From Candidatus Latescibacterota bacterium (lineage in GTDB: Bacteria; Latescibacterota; UBA2968; UBA8231): a DNA stretch of 64,000 nucleotides. Shown here one piece after another: positions 10,607-23,470 of this stretch. Both the position numbers and the translations under genes were made by a program. The number at the start of each line of letters is the position of its first letter. Within the stretch, counting starts at the first letter, position 1. The notes below the pieces were generated by a model. The model was not told the DNA's origin and searched no databases. It saw only the letters and a program-made list of their open reading frames with translations. The stretch covers positions 6,368,001 to 6,432,000 of the forward strand of contig CBDETY010000003.1 in the NCBI GenBank assembly GCA_965243025.1, written 5' to 3'.

Positions 10607-10773
10607 TCCTCGTTATAGGCGTCGCTCTCGACGGCAACCAACGGCGCGATGCGCCATGGCCTCAACATTAGCGCTCCTTTCTCGCTTGACCAAACCATCG
10701 ATTCTCCGATCGTCGTTCATGTTCCGCCGCTGCTGCGCGCCGCGTTTTGCGCTTCCCTGGAAAGAGGTGCGAG

Positions 10774-12816
10774 GTGACCGAAGACAGAAATGCAAGGGAA
10801 ATCGTGCTGGCCCGGATCGACCTGTCTGAATGCCCGGCGGGCAAGATCCTCGACTACAACGACCCCGAAAAAAGCCTGGAAGCGAAGGTCTTCAAGGGCT
10901 GGAACAATCCCCTGGAATGGGGCCCCAAGCAAGGGCAAAGACCGAGCTCTTACCGGGTGGTCTCCGACGGGGGCGTACAGGTACTGGAGCATCACAACAA
11001 AACCGGACGGTGCCTTACGACAGGGGAGCCGTTGTGGGCGGATTACACCGTGGAGGCGTTCGTTCGGCAACTGAACGCGTTTACGCAACCGAGCATGGAC
11101 GAACCACATGCCATAGTGGGTCTCTCAGGACTGATGGTGCGCTACCAGGATCTGCGACGCTATTACCTGTTCGGCATGGAGGGGCATGAGCGCTTCGTGC
11201 TGTATCGCCGCGAAGACGAGTCGTGGCTGATGCTGGCGGATTGTCCCAACGGGGTGGATCGCAGCCGCTACTACCACCTGCGCGTCGTGTGTGAAGGGCG
11301 CCGGTTCGAGTGCCATGTAGACGAAAAGCAAGTATTCGTGGCCTACGACGAGAAGTTCGAGGTGGGTAAAGTCGGCATCCGCACGAACACCCGCAGCCGG
11401 ATGCACGGGGTACGGGTTACAGCGTCAGAGCCTGCCCGGGCGGCGTTCGTGAGCCGTCAGAGCGCCTGTGACCGGGAGGTGGCCCAAGCATCCGAGAAAT
11501 ACCCGAAACCGGTGCTGTGGAAGCGGATCGACATCGGCGAATACTGGCCGTGCGAGGTGCGGATCGGAGATTTCCGCGGTGCGGGCAGGAAGGAGATCGT
11601 GCTGCAGCAGGAGACCGGGTCGGGCCTCCGCATTGCGTGCCTGGACATGGACGGAGAGAAGCAATGGGAGAATGTCTATCCCGCGGCATCGGGTCTGGAA
11701 CACCGCGTCGTGCACGATCTGGATGGGGACGGAGTAGAGGACTTCACAGGGGTCGAGGGAGACCTGCTGCGCATGGTGAGCGGGCGGACCGGTGAAGTAG
11801 CGGCCGAGACGGAACTGCCCCGGGCAGGGCCGTACCGCGGGTTCCGCGGCGACAGCGTCAAGCCGCATCTGCACAAGCTGGGGGCCTTGTGGCCCTGCCG
11901 GCTTCGTAAGACGGAGAAGGCGCAGGACCTGATCCTGAGAGACGGCGACCATGCGGGCACCGGCTACTCCATCTGGGCCTACGATGAGGCACTGAACCTG
12001 CGCTGGCGTCAGGATGCGCACGAATCGTGGTACGGGATGTACATCTGGTTCTGCGACGTGGACGGGGATGGCCGCGACGAGATTCTGCCGGGGTATCAGC
12101 TCTACGACGGGGACGGAAACCTTCTGTGGCTGATGGAAGGGGCGGAATACATCGAAGATTCCGGTGGAGCCGGACACGTCGATCACGCCGCGTTCGGAGA
12201 GCTTGACGGCGATGAAAGCAACGGTCCGGAGATCGGGATCGCCGGCAGCGATCCGGGGTTTTTCCTCGTGGATGCGCGCACGGGAGCGCTGTTGAGGCAC
12301 CACCGCTTCGGCCACGTGCAGGGAATCTATGCGGGAAATTTCCGGCCGGATCTACCGGGCCTGGAAATGTGGATGGGCAATCGCTGGGAAAACTACGGCA
12401 TCCTGAATCTGGTGAGCGGCCGGGGAGATCCGCTGTTGCGGTGCGAGCCTGACACGATCAGCCAGGGTGGCCCGGCGGTGAACTGGTCCGGGGATGGCGA
12501 GGAGCTTTTGTACCTGTCGAGTTCCCCGGAGGCAAACGGGTTCTACGACGCGCAGGGCAGAAAGGTCGTGCGGCCGGTATGCGACGGGCTGCCGTTCGAG
12601 TGGGCAGGAGGTCTGGTCGAGGATGTAGTGGGAGACGCGCGCGATGAGATCATCTACGTCCACGAGGGAGCCATTTACATCCTCACGCAGGACCGTCCTT
12701 ACCCCGCCGGCGAGAAGATCTATGCGCCAACTCGCAAGTTCGATATCTCCCTGCCGGGTTGGAAGGTGAACGAGCCCATCGCTGCCTCGGGAATGTCGTC
12801 CTCGATCCGGGCATGA
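10774..12816 (+). CDS. rhamnogalacturonan lyase (PL11)-like beta-propeller protein with N-terminal concanavalin/DUF1080-like domain
   Basis: GTG after GAGG; repeated DxDGDG Ca-binding loops (DLDGDGVED, DVDGDGRDE, DVVGDARDE), GHVD and GNFRPDLPGLE; no signal peptide. Confidence 0.6.
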   Translation: MTEDRNAREIVLARIDLSECPAGKILDYNDPEKSLEAKVFKGWNNPLEWGPKQGQRPSSYRVVSDGGVQVLEHHNKTGRCLTTGEPLWADYTVEAFVRQLNAFTQPSMDEPHAIVGLSGLMVRYQDLRRYYLFGMEGHERFVLYRREDESWLMLADCPNGVDRSRYYHLRVVCEGRRFECHVDEKQVFVAYDEKFEVGKVGIRTNTRSRMHGVRVTASEPARAAFVSRQSACDREVAQASEKYPKPVLWKRIDIGEYWPCEVRIGDFRGAGRKEIVLQQETGSGLRIACLDMDGEKQWENVYPAASGLEHRVVHDLDGDGVEDFTGVEGDLLRMVSGRTGEVAAETELPRAGPYRGFRGDSVKPHLHKLGALWPCRLRKTEKAQDLILRDGDHAGTGYSIWAYDEALNLRWRQDAHESWYGMYIWFCDVDGDGRDEILPGYQLYDGDGNLLWLMEGAEYIEDSGGAGHVDHAAFGELDGDESNGPEIGIAGSDPGFFLVDARTGALLRHHRFGHVQGIYAGNFRPDLPGLEMWMGNRWENYGILNLVSGRGDPLLRCEPDTISQGGPAVNWSGDGEELLYLSSSPEANGFYDAQGRKVVRPVCDGLPFEWAGGLVEDVVGDARDEIIYVHEGAIYILTQDRPYPAGEKIYAPTRKFDISLPGWKVNEPIAASGMSSSIRA

Positions 12817-12910
12817 ATCGCCTGAGACCCGATGACGATCACCTCGGGCTCCCCCGTGACCGCGGAAAGCATCCTTCAACAGAATTGCCAACTGATTGCC
12901 TGGCACTGCA

Positions 12911-14677
12911 ATGCGACGACGACGCGATCCGATCATCTGGCCATGCCTGATCATCTCCTTTCTGCTGCACCTGGTCGCTGTCAACTACATCGCCCTGTCC
13001 TGGCGCGAGGCGGAAGAGGCCAAGGCCTTCCGGGCGAGGATCGCCAACATCCCCGCGAGGCGGTTCGAGCCCCAGCGGATGCGCGTCCCCGAACCGAAAC
13101 GGCTCCCCGAATCGAGGATGGAATACCTGCGGCGGGAGGCGGAGCCGGAAACCATGGCGGAAGAGGTCACTCGCACCGAAGTCGCCCCGCGCCCGCCGAA
13201 GGCTCCCGAAGTCGACTTCGCCCTCCGGGAGATCGGCACCGGGGCGCCGCCCGAAACCCTGGCATTCGTCGAGGAGCGCAAGCTGTCGCCGCACGAATAC
13301 GGCTGGGCGGACACGGCGGGGCGCAGGGAAGCTCTCGACCTGCTGCGCATCGAGGACCTCGCCCGGGCCGGCAGGGAGCCGGCGGCCATCATTCCCGACC
13401 TCTACAGCCGCAGGGACGCCAGGGGGTATCTCAACATCGCCCGGCTTCAGCTTTCCGGTGCCGGGTCCAGGGGCTTCTCTCTCGACGCTCTGGCCCGCTA
13501 CACCCGCGACCATTCGAACATCCTCGTCCAGGTAGGTCAGCACGGACACAGCTATTTCGACCAGGAATACCTCCTCGACTATCCGATTCATTTCCTTTTC
13601 GAGGGGGAAGGCAGGCCGGTCACGACCTCGGAATACCGGGTCCGCTTTCACGAAAAGGAGAAAGAGCTGCTCGCAGAGTACATGCGCAGCGGCGGGCTGC
13701 TCTATATCGAGGGGGCGGAGGGCAGGTACCGCTTTCTGACGGAAATGGTCGACAGCCTGAAGTCGATCCTGGAAAACGACGGGGGTATCGGTCCGATCGG
13801 CGTCGATCACGACCTGTACCACTCTTTCTTCGACTTCTACTCAGGTTTCCCGGGGGAGGGTGGCAAGGACACCAAATACCCTGAGCTTCCAGGGGAATCG
13901 TGGTACTACCCCGGCTCGGAGCGCGGCGATGAGGTGCCACCCGGTCTCCAGGAGTCCGGAGTAGTGCCAGGGATCGATTCCGGGCTGACCAAACTGGGGC
14001 TCTGGGGCGTCGAGATCGACGGCCGTCTCGTGGCTATCGTCAGCGACATAGGCCTGAAGGCGAGGTGGGCAAGGATGTACGATCTCGAGGCGCCTGCCCC
14101 CAGCGAACCCTTCCTTCAGGCAGGCATGAACCTTCTCATGTACGTCCTGAGCCGCGAGGACGGTCTCACGCCGGTTCGGCAACGGCCTGCCTGGGAGATC
14201 ACGCGCCCGAGGATCGGCCCCCGGGATGAGGCTCCGATCGAGGTCGCAAGCCGCCTGGCCGCCGAAGAATCGGCCATCCTCGACCAGGTCGCGGACCTCG
14301 ACGGTTCCCTCGCCCTGCTTCAGTCGCCGCTGGGGGCGGAAGTCGCCGCTGGGGGCCTCGTCATCCGGCTCGGAGCGGGCTACACCATCTCCCTTCTGAA
14401 GGGGGGAATCAACGGGATCCTCCTGCACAACGTTCCGGCGGGAAGCCTTTGGGTCGGGATCGAATACGGCGGGAAACGGCGGGAAATCGAAGTGGAGGTC
14501 GAGGGAGGGCGGGTGACGACGGTGACCTTCGGGATCAGCCGGACCGCCTTCCTCCGGCACCTGCGGCTGAACGAGCAGTCCGACCGCGTTTCAGCGATGG
14601 ACTGGATGCTGGGTTTTTCCGATTTGGAGGTGGAAGAGATGTTCCTAGCCGAAGACCGGGACACCCTGGGCGACTGA
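12911..14677 (+). CDS. DUF4159 domain-containing membrane-anchored protein
   Basis: N-terminal TM helix; EKELLAEYMRSGGLLYIE, HDLYHSFFDF, LWGVEIDGRLVAI and GMNLLMYVL motifs. Confidence 0.7.
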   Translation: MRRRRDPIIWPCLIISFLLHLVAVNYIALSWREAEEAKAFRARIANIPARRFEPQRMRVPEPKRLPESRMEYLRREAEPETMAEEVTRTEVAPRPPKAPEVDFALREIGTGAPPETLAFVEERKLSPHEYGWADTAGRREALDLLRIEDLARAGREPAAIIPDLYSRRDARGYLNIARLQLSGAGSRGFSLDALARYTRDHSNILVQVGQHGHSYFDQEYLLDYPIHFLFEGEGRPVTTSEYRVRFHEKEKELLAEYMRSGGLLYIEGAEGRYRFLTEMVDSLKSILENDGGIGPIGVDHDLYHSFFDFYSGFPGEGGKDTKYPELPGESWYYPGSERGDEVPPGLQESGVVPGIDSGLTKLGLWGVEIDGRLVAIVSDIGLKARWARMYDLEAPAPSEPFLQAGMNLLMYVLSREDGLTPVRQRPAWEITRPRIGPRDEAPIEVASRLAAEESAILDQVADLDGSLALLQSPLGAEVAAGGLVIRLGAGYTISLLKGGINGILLHNVPAGSLWVGIEYGGKRREIEVEVEGGRVTTVTFGISRTAFLRHLRLNEQSDRVSAMDWMLGFSDLEVEEMFLAEDRDTLGD

Positions 14678-14683
14678 CCGCCC

Positions 14684-14757
14684 GAACGCACTGCCGGCCG
14701 GAACGCACTGCCTGCTGCCCCTCTGGACTATGAGTCGGGCAAGATGCCCCGACCTAC
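14684..14757 (-). repeat. REP-like palindrome plus a 12-bp direct repeat between convergent genes
   Basis: Minus strand GTAG-GTCGGGGCA-TCT-TGCCCGAC at 14757-14734; GAACGCACTGCC at 14684-14695 and 14701-14712. Confidence 0.5.
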
Positions 14758-14762
14758 CACCT

Positions 14763-15899
14763 TTAATGGGGCGCGACTCTGAAGTGTTTCACCACGTCTT
14801 CATCCAGTTCGAAACCCAGGCCCGGACGGTCAGGCACTTCGACAAAACCGTCTGCATCAACCTCTACCGCTGGTGTCAGCAGTTCGGAGATGATCGGTGA
14901 ATCCGGAAATGCGACAGGGGTTTCGAAATACGGCATGTTCGGCAACACTGCAGCGAGATGGATTTCTGCCGCCACTCCGACGACATGGCACCACGCATGC
15001 GGGACACAAATCAGGCCCCTGCGATAAGCTGCTTCCGCAATCCGCGCAATCTCTCGAATTCCGCCGGAACGGACTGAACTGGGTTGGACCACATCCACCC
15101 GTCCCTTCTCCATGATTTCCTCGAATTCAAACCGCGTTGTGAAACCCCAGTCGCCTACCGCAATGCGGGTATCTACTGCGTCCGCCAACCGGGCATAACC
15201 GGCGAGATTGTCCGCTGGCAGGGGTGCCTCAATGAAAAACGGGCGATACTCCTCGATCGCACGGATCGAAGCGATGGCTTGTCCGACCTCGTACCAGCAA
15301 TTCTGTACATCGATCAGGATTTCCCTGTCCTCACCGATGGTCTCGCGGACAGCTCCTGTTATCTCGGCATCGCGCTGTACGCTGACATGCCCAAAGCCGC
15401 CGGGCCACTCCTCCAACTTCATTGCGTGAAAGTTCCGATCCTTTGCCAGCGTAAAACGCTCGACAATCTCTTCTACATTCTCACCCGGCGAATAGACGGT
15501 CGCATAGGGCATCACCTTCTTTTTGATTTCGCCGGCTTCCCGAACGGTGCAGCAGGCGTGCCAGATCAATTCACAGACCGGCTTGCCAAGTGCTTTGCCT
15601 GCAATATCCCAGAGCGCGGTCTCCACTGCTCCGATTGCTGCGATGGTTACGCCGCGCCTGCCGAACAAACCTGTGGCGGAGTACATCTTCTGCCAGAGCC
15701 GTTCAACCTGCAGCGGATCTTCACCGTGCAGAAGTCCCTGCAAGCCCCCATCGGTGCGGATGATGGCATCAATCACCAGGGACGGGGATTCCGCCTGTCC
15801 AATCCCGGTGATGCCTTCATCGGTATGTACGCGCACCAGGGTTTCGGCCGCTTTGCCCGGATCTGTCAACGCAATGGTTTCAATTTCTTTGATTCTCAT
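14763..15899 (-). CDS. mandelate racemase/muconate lactonizing enzyme family protein
   Basis: MRIKEIET start; ETALWDIAGKALGKPV, FIEAP, VVQP, PHAW and PDRPGLG motifs; lower GC than neighbours. Confidence 0.9.
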   Translation of the reverse strand: MRIKEIETIALTDPGKAAETLVRVHTDEGITGIGQAESPSLVIDAIIRTDGGLQGLLHGEDPLQVERLWQKMYSATGLFGRRGVTIAAIGAVETALWDIAGKALGKPVCELIWHACCTVREAGEIKKKVMPYATVYSPGENVEEIVERFTLAKDRNFHAMKLEEWPGGFGHVSVQRDAEITGAVRETIGEDREILIDVQNCWYEVGQAIASIRAIEEYRPFFIEAPLPADNLAGYARLADAVDTRIAVGDWGFTTRFEFEEIMEKGRVDVVQPSSVRSGGIREIARIAEAAYRRGLICVPHAWCHVVGVAAEIHLAAVLPNMPYFETPVAFPDSPIISELLTPAVEVDADGFVEVPDRPGLGFELDEDVVKHFRVAPH

Positions 15900-15997
15900 T
15901 AAAATCCCGTTCCTCGTTTCTTAGACGCTGAATTTACCGCGGCCGTGCCCATCCAAGGGATCAGGGCCCAGGGGTCAGCGTCGAAGCCGGGCGGATT

Positions 15998-16261
15998 TTA
16001 CCGGTGAGTTTTTTTCCGCTCTCCAGCCAGCCTGCGAAAGTCACACTCCATCTGGATTCCGTGCCAGAATTCATCCGATTGGCAGAAGAAGGCGCCGAAG
16101 CGAATTGACATGGCCGGTGTGATCGACCGCTTCGCGTGAACGATTTCGTTGATCGCACGCGGGGCCACACCGATGGCACGGGCAATGGCGCTCTGGGAGA
16201 TCCCCATGGGTTCCAGGTACTCCTTCAGAAGAATCTCCCCAGGCGTTATCGGGTTTTTCAT
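15998..16261 (-). CDS. higA: HigA family antitoxin (orphan; possible frameshift in an A7 run near the 3' end)
   Basis: [20 protein letters not shown]...[19 protein letters not shown]...FWHGIQ; no higB upstream. Confidence 0.85.
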   Translation of the reverse strand: MKNPITPGEILLKEYLEPMGISQSAIARAIGVAPRAINEIVHAKRSITPAMSIRFGAFFCQSDEFWHGIQMECDFRRLAGERKKTHR

Positions 16262-16271
16262 ACAGGGCGTG

Positions 16272-16610
16272 TCAGACGGGTTCGGCGGCGGCGATGCGCA
16301 GCTTCCCAGCGGCGGCCGAGCGCGGCTGGCGGATGACGATGTCGATATCGCGGCCGAGCGCGGTGAGAAGGCGGAACAGGCGCTCGAGGGAATACTCGCG
16401 GAAGTCGCCTCTCAGAAGCCGAGACACGTCGGGCTGGGAAAGGCCGAGAAGGTGCCCGGCCTCGGTCTGGGTGATGCCGCGCTGGCGCACGATGGCGTCG
16501 ATGCGGCTGACCAACTCTGCCTTGAGAAGGTGGGCGTCGGCCTCGGGGCGGCCGAGGTCGGCGAAGACGTTGCCGCTGCCGCGTTCGACGGTCGAGTCGG
16601 ATGTGGTCAT
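16272..16610 (-). CDS. XRE-family HTH antitoxin
   Basis: [10 protein letters not shown]...LKAELV...[11 protein letters not shown]...[21 protein letters not shown]. Confidence 0.9.
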   Translation of the reverse strand: MTTSDSTVERGSGNVFADLGRPEADAHLLKAELVSRIDAIVRQRGITQTEAGHLLGLSQPDVSRLLRGDFREYSLERLFRLLTALGRDIDIVIRQPRSAAAGKLRIAAAEPV

Positions 16611-16614
16611 GGTT

Positions 16615-16971
16615 CTACCCTCCGCCATGTGTGTTCCGGTAATGCTGTCCGGCCACCCTCAGCCGGCGCCGGACCAGGTCAAGCTCCTGCTTCGGCGTGG
16701 CGATTCCCCGCCTGGCCTTCTTCTGGAAGGCGTGCAGGACATAGACCGCGGTCTCGAACCGGACTGTGTACACCGCCCTGAAGGTGTCGCCGTCGTGACG
16801 GGCAACCACCTCTACGACGCCGGAGCCGAAGCCCTTGAGCGGTTTGGCGTCGCGGTGCCGGAGACCGGCCTGGGCCTGGTAGATTGCGAAGCCCATACGG
16901 TCCTGCACGGGTTCTGGAAAGCGTTTCAGAGCCGCTTTGCTCGCACCGACCCATTCGACTGGCTTCAGCAT
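16615..16971 (-). CDS. type II RelE/ParE-fold toxin (DUF891/Gp49-like)
   Basis: KPVEWVGAS...AKPLKGFGSGVVEV...GDTFRAVYTVRF...VYVLHAFQKK. Confidence 0.9.
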   Translation of the reverse strand: MLKPVEWVGASKAALKRFPEPVQDRMGFAIYQAQAGLRHRDAKPLKGFGSGVVEVVARHDGDTFRAVYTVRFETAVYVLHAFQKKARRGIATPKQELDLVRRRLRVAGQHYRNTHGGG

Positions 16972-16988
16972 GGTGGTGTTCGCTCCGG

Positions 16989-17017
16989 ACTATAGGGGTT
17001 TCACCATACTCTGACAA
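16989..17017 (-). promoter_or_regulatory. sigma70-type promoter of the RelE/XRE operon
   Basis: Minus strand TTGTCA-17 nt-TATAGT, then GGAG and ATG at 16971. Confidence 0.65.
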
Positions 17018-17170
17018 GGCAACCGGCTGTTTCGTCAGTGCGCGGTTCATTCCGAATTGAGGCTTTGTCTGTCCCCAGCCCATTGCCGGTGGCGGGCGGC
17101 CTACGCTACCCGCGGGTGCTGAGGCCGGCAACTCGGTTTTCGGTAGGAACAGATTCACGGAGCGCTGCAG

Positions 17171-17276
17171 CTACTCAGCCAGTAGCTCACGAGCCACGTG
17201 CTTCCGAGCGGCCTGCACGAACTGTGTCAGGACCTCCTCCACGTCGGTCCTTATGCTCGAACTGCGCGCGGGTCAT
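17171..17276 (-). pseudogene. deletion scar: first 8 codons of a DUF6036-like nucleotidyltransferase joined to the 3' end of another gene
   Basis: ATG overlapping the XRE stop (ATGA) reads MTRAQFEH; a shifted frame then reads IRTDVEEVLTQFVQAARKHVARELLAE*. Confidence 0.5.
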
Positions 17277-17776
17277 CGTTGCAGCTCGTCGCGCCGGAAC
17301 TCCCGGTACGCGGCAGCGCGCTCCGATGCACTCAGCACGCCGGCGAACGGGGTGACGTGACGAAGGTCGCGATAGTGCAATCCGGGGTTGACAAGCGCGT
17401 CTGCGAGTGCATCCGGGGAGCCTTGCAACAGGCGTTCCCATTCGTCGAGGAGGTGGGACGCGCCGGGGTGAAGACCACGCATGCGCAAGAGGTTCGCCTC
17501 CGCTCGGGCCAGCGTCTCGGCGGGAGCAGCGCGAAGCCGTTCGGCGATCCGTTCATGCAGGGCCAGGCTCCGGCGGTCTTCCCGCGTCAGGTGAGGAACG
17601 AATGAGACATGGACGCCGAGACCGACGGCAGAGGCCAGACGCTGGAGCGTACGCAGATTCGGGCGCTTGGTTCCGGTCTCGTAGGCTGCAATCGTCGGTT
17701 GCGAGGTGCCGGCCAACTCGGCCAATGCGGCCTGCGTCAGACCGGCGCTGCGCCGCAGGCGGGCTACCAGGTTCAT
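17273..17776 (-). CDS. XRE-HTH protein with C-terminal helical domain (putative antitoxin)
   Basis: GLTQAALAELAGTSQPTIAAYETG HTH; C-terminal RSLALHERIA...LRHVTPFAGVL. Confidence 0.8.
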   Translation of the reverse strand: MNLVARLRRSAGLTQAALAELAGTSQPTIAAYETGTKRPNLRTLQRLASAVGLGVHVSFVPHLTREDRRSLALHERIAERLRAAPAETLARAEANLLRMRGLHPGASHLLDEWERLLQGSPDALADALVNPGLHYRDLRHVTPFAGVLSASERAAAYREFRRDELQR

Positions 17777-17785
17777 GTCATGAAT

Positions 17786-17801
17786 ATATCCGATTGGATA
17801 T
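17786..17801. promoter_or_regulatory. palindromic operator in front of the XRE gene
   Basis: ATATCC-GATT-GGATAT about 10 nt upstream of the start. Confidence 0.5.
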
Positions 17802-17908
17802 TATCCACCTCGATCCTCCCCGCGCGCGCTGATGAACCCTGTTACGCCCACAGGAACAGGCGCTCGAGCCGGGCTTGCTGTGCATTCCTCTGGCAAGCGA
17901 CAAACGCC

Positions 17909-19048
17909 CTAAGTCGCCTCTCCCCCATCCCCCCGCCGCCAGGTCTCATACGGATTCTCCCGGTTTGCCAACGGCAAAGACACCCGCGTCCCCAAGCGCT
18001 GCGACTCGTGCACCGCCATGATCATTTCCAGGGCGGCTCGCCCGTCCTCGCCGTTGGAACAGGCCCGCACCGGGCGGTCCTCCTCAATGGCATGGATCAA
18101 TTCCCGCACGATGATCAAGTTGCTCTGGTGCGTGCGCTCGTCCGCCGAGTACTGTTCCCACTCGTCCAACAGCACCCGTTCCCAGGTGCCGTTTTCCTCG
18201 CCGGGGATCCACATGCCCTGGCGATAGACGTACATCTCGCCGTTGGGGGAATTGCGCAGGGCGATGATGCCCTCGCTGCCGTGCGCCTCGAAACCGAACC
18301 AACGGCTGTTGGCCCCTTTCGGGTAGCCCGGTTGCGATTCAAAATGTCCGGTCACCCCATTCGCAAAAACGTAGTACGCCGCCACCCCGTTGCCGGCGAT
18401 CAGACCGATGCGCTCGTCCCCTTCCCGCACATCGTCCAACGTCACCTCGCGCCCATCCTGCGTGACGTGCCCGTGGGCCCAAACCACCTCGGCCCCGGCG
18501 AAGTAGCGCATGCTGTCCATCATGTGCGTGCCCAGGACCATCAGATCCTGAGACCCCGCCCGGCGGTCGGACTTGCCGTGGCTGCGCAGCACTTGTAGCC
18601 GGCCGATAACACCCTCGTCAACCAGCTTCTTGCCGTACTCCTCGTAGGGATTGGCGCGCCGGTGCGCCACCGCGGTCTTGACGCCGTGCTCCTGACAGGC
18701 CGCCAACAGGGCGTCGGCCTCGCGCAGAGTGGGCGTCAGCGGCTTCTCGATAAACACGCCGCGCACCCCGGCCTCGGCGCAGGCGATGACCATGTCGGCG
18801 TGGCAGTCGGGCATCCGCGGACAGACGCTGACTATGTCCAAATCCTCGTCGGCGAGCATCTGGCGGAAATCGGCGTAGAGCCGCTGGGCACCCGTGCGCT
18901 CGCCGGCTGCCGCCCGGCCCTCGGGATCGGGGTCGGCCACCGCGACCAGATCCACTTGCTCCAAGTCCCGGTAAACGGTTTCCAGCCCGTGGCCGTAGTC
19001 GCCGGCACCCGTGCGCCCGATGACTCCGGCTTTGTAGCGCTTGCCCAT
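17909..19048 (-). CDS. Gfo/Idh/MocA family oxidoreductase
   Basis: AGVIGRTGAGDYGHG, FIEKP and LGTHMMD motifs; GAGGAG RBS. Confidence 0.9.
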   Translation of the reverse strand: MGKRYKAGVIGRTGAGDYGHGLETVYRDLEQVDLVAVADPDPEGRAAAGERTGAQRLYADFRQMLADEDLDIVSVCPRMPDCHADMVIACAEAGVRGVFIEKPLTPTLREADALLAACQEHGVKTAVAHRRANPYEEYGKKLVDEGVIGRLQVLRSHGKSDRRAGSQDLMVLGTHMMDSMRYFAGAEVVWAHGHVTQDGREVTLDDVREGDERIGLIAGNGVAAYYVFANGVTGHFESQPGYPKGANSRWFGFEAHGSEGIIALRNSPNGEMYVYRQGMWIPGEENGTWERVLLDEWEQYSADERTHQSNLIIVRELIHAIEEDRPVRACSNGEDGRAALEMIMAVHESQRLGTRVSLPLANRENPYETWRRGDGGEAT

Positions 19049-19177
19049 AATTCGCACTCCTCGTTAGTCGGCCTGTGTTTCCAGGATCAATTCGGGGCCG
19101 GAGGGACCGTTGAGGCACACCGCAGGGCGTGCCGGGCAACCCGGGCGCTCCGGCGGTCCGTGGTCAGCGTTCCGTCC

Positions 19178-22321
<3,144 letters not shown>

Positions 22322-22324
22322 GGG

Positions 22325-23335
22325 CTACGGCTGCCTGCGGATGATGCGCACGGCCTGGCCGTCGCGCAGCCGCTCGTTGCCGCGCACCACCGCCAGGTCC
22401 CCGGGTGCGAGCTCCCCCGTGACCGCCACGTACCCCTGGTGCGCCAGCCCGGTTTCGACCGGGCGGCTGAGGGCCTTGCCGTCGCGGGCGAGATACACGA
22501 CCTGTCCTTCCGGACCGGAGACCAGGGCGTCCTTGTGCACGAGGAGCGATGCCCTGGCCTGCGCGATCCGGAAGCGCACCCGCGCCGACATGTTGCCGAG
22601 CATCCGGCCTTCCGGGTTGGCGGCCTCGACGACGACCGGGAAGGTGCGGGAAGCGGCGTAGCCCTCGGCGGAAACGGCGGTCACGAGGCCGGCGATGGGA
22701 TCGCTGCCGAGGGCGTCGACGACGATGGCGACGCTGTCCCCCAGGGAAAGCTGCGGCACGTGGTTCTCGGGAACCTCGACGATCACCCGCACCGTGTCGA
22801 TGGAGATCACCTGCGCGATCTCACCGCCGCGGCCGACCCACTCGCCGACCTCGGTGAAGGTGCGGACGATGTGCCCGGAGAAAGGGGCGCGGACGAGGAG
22901 GTTTTCCACCTGGGCCTGGAGGCCGCTCAGCCGGGTCTCGGCGCGGGCCAGCTCGAAAGCCTTGTTGCGCAGGTCCTGCTCGGAGACGGTGTCGGTGGCG
23001 CGCAACCGGAGGCTGCCCTCGTGGTTGAACCGGCGCAGCGCGAGGTCGGCCTCGGCTTCGGCCAGGGCGGCCTGGAGCGGGTCGTTGGCCAGCTCGAAGA
23101 GAGGGTCGCCGGCGCGCACGGTCTGGCCGGCGTCCTTGAAGCGCTTGACCACCTGTCCTTCGGTCTCGGCGGCGACGCGGCTGGAGCGCACCGGCAGGAT
23201 GCGCCCTACAAAGGAGAGGTCCTCGACGAGCGGCTGTTCGAGGACCTCGGCGACGATGACCGGCGACGGCGGGCGCTCCTGGCCGGGAAGTGCAGTGGGC
23301 AGCAGGATCAGGAGCAGGAGAAGGGCAGAGGGCAT
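22325..23335 (-). CDS. RND efflux membrane fusion protein (periplasmic adaptor)
   Basis: Lipoyl-like half-motifs VAAETEGQV and VRAPFSG...GEWV; SRTFPV; immediately upstream of the permease. Confidence 0.9.
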   Translation of the reverse strand: MPSALLLLLILLPTALPGQERPPSPVIVAEVLEQPLVEDLSFVGRILPVRSSRVAAETEGQVVKRFKDAGQTVRAGDPLFELANDPLQAALAEAEADLALRRFNHEGSLRLRATDTVSEQDLRNKAFELARAETRLSGLQAQVENLLVRAPFSGHIVRTFTEVGEWVGRGGEIAQVISIDTVRVIVEVPENHVPQLSLGDSVAIVVDALGSDPIAGLVTAVSAEGYAASRTFPVVVEAANPEGRMLGNMSARVRFRIAQARASLLVHKDALVSGPEGQVVYLARDGKALSRPVETGLAHQGYVAVTGELAPGDLAVVRGNERLRDGQAVRIIRRQP

Positions 23336-23470
23336 TCAGGTGTTCCTCGTCGGCGTGAGAAAGTACCGGGGATGGCTGTATGACTCGGTGTTATGGAATG
23401 AAAGAAAATAAAAACGGCAGCCAGACGGATAGTATGTTCAGCGAGGGGGCCGCCCATACTGGGGCGGCTC

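Noticed and set aside
10607-10618. 12-bp match CACTCCTCGTTA shared with about 19055
   Set aside because: It is the reverse complement of a ribosome-binding site context (TAACGAGGAGTG)
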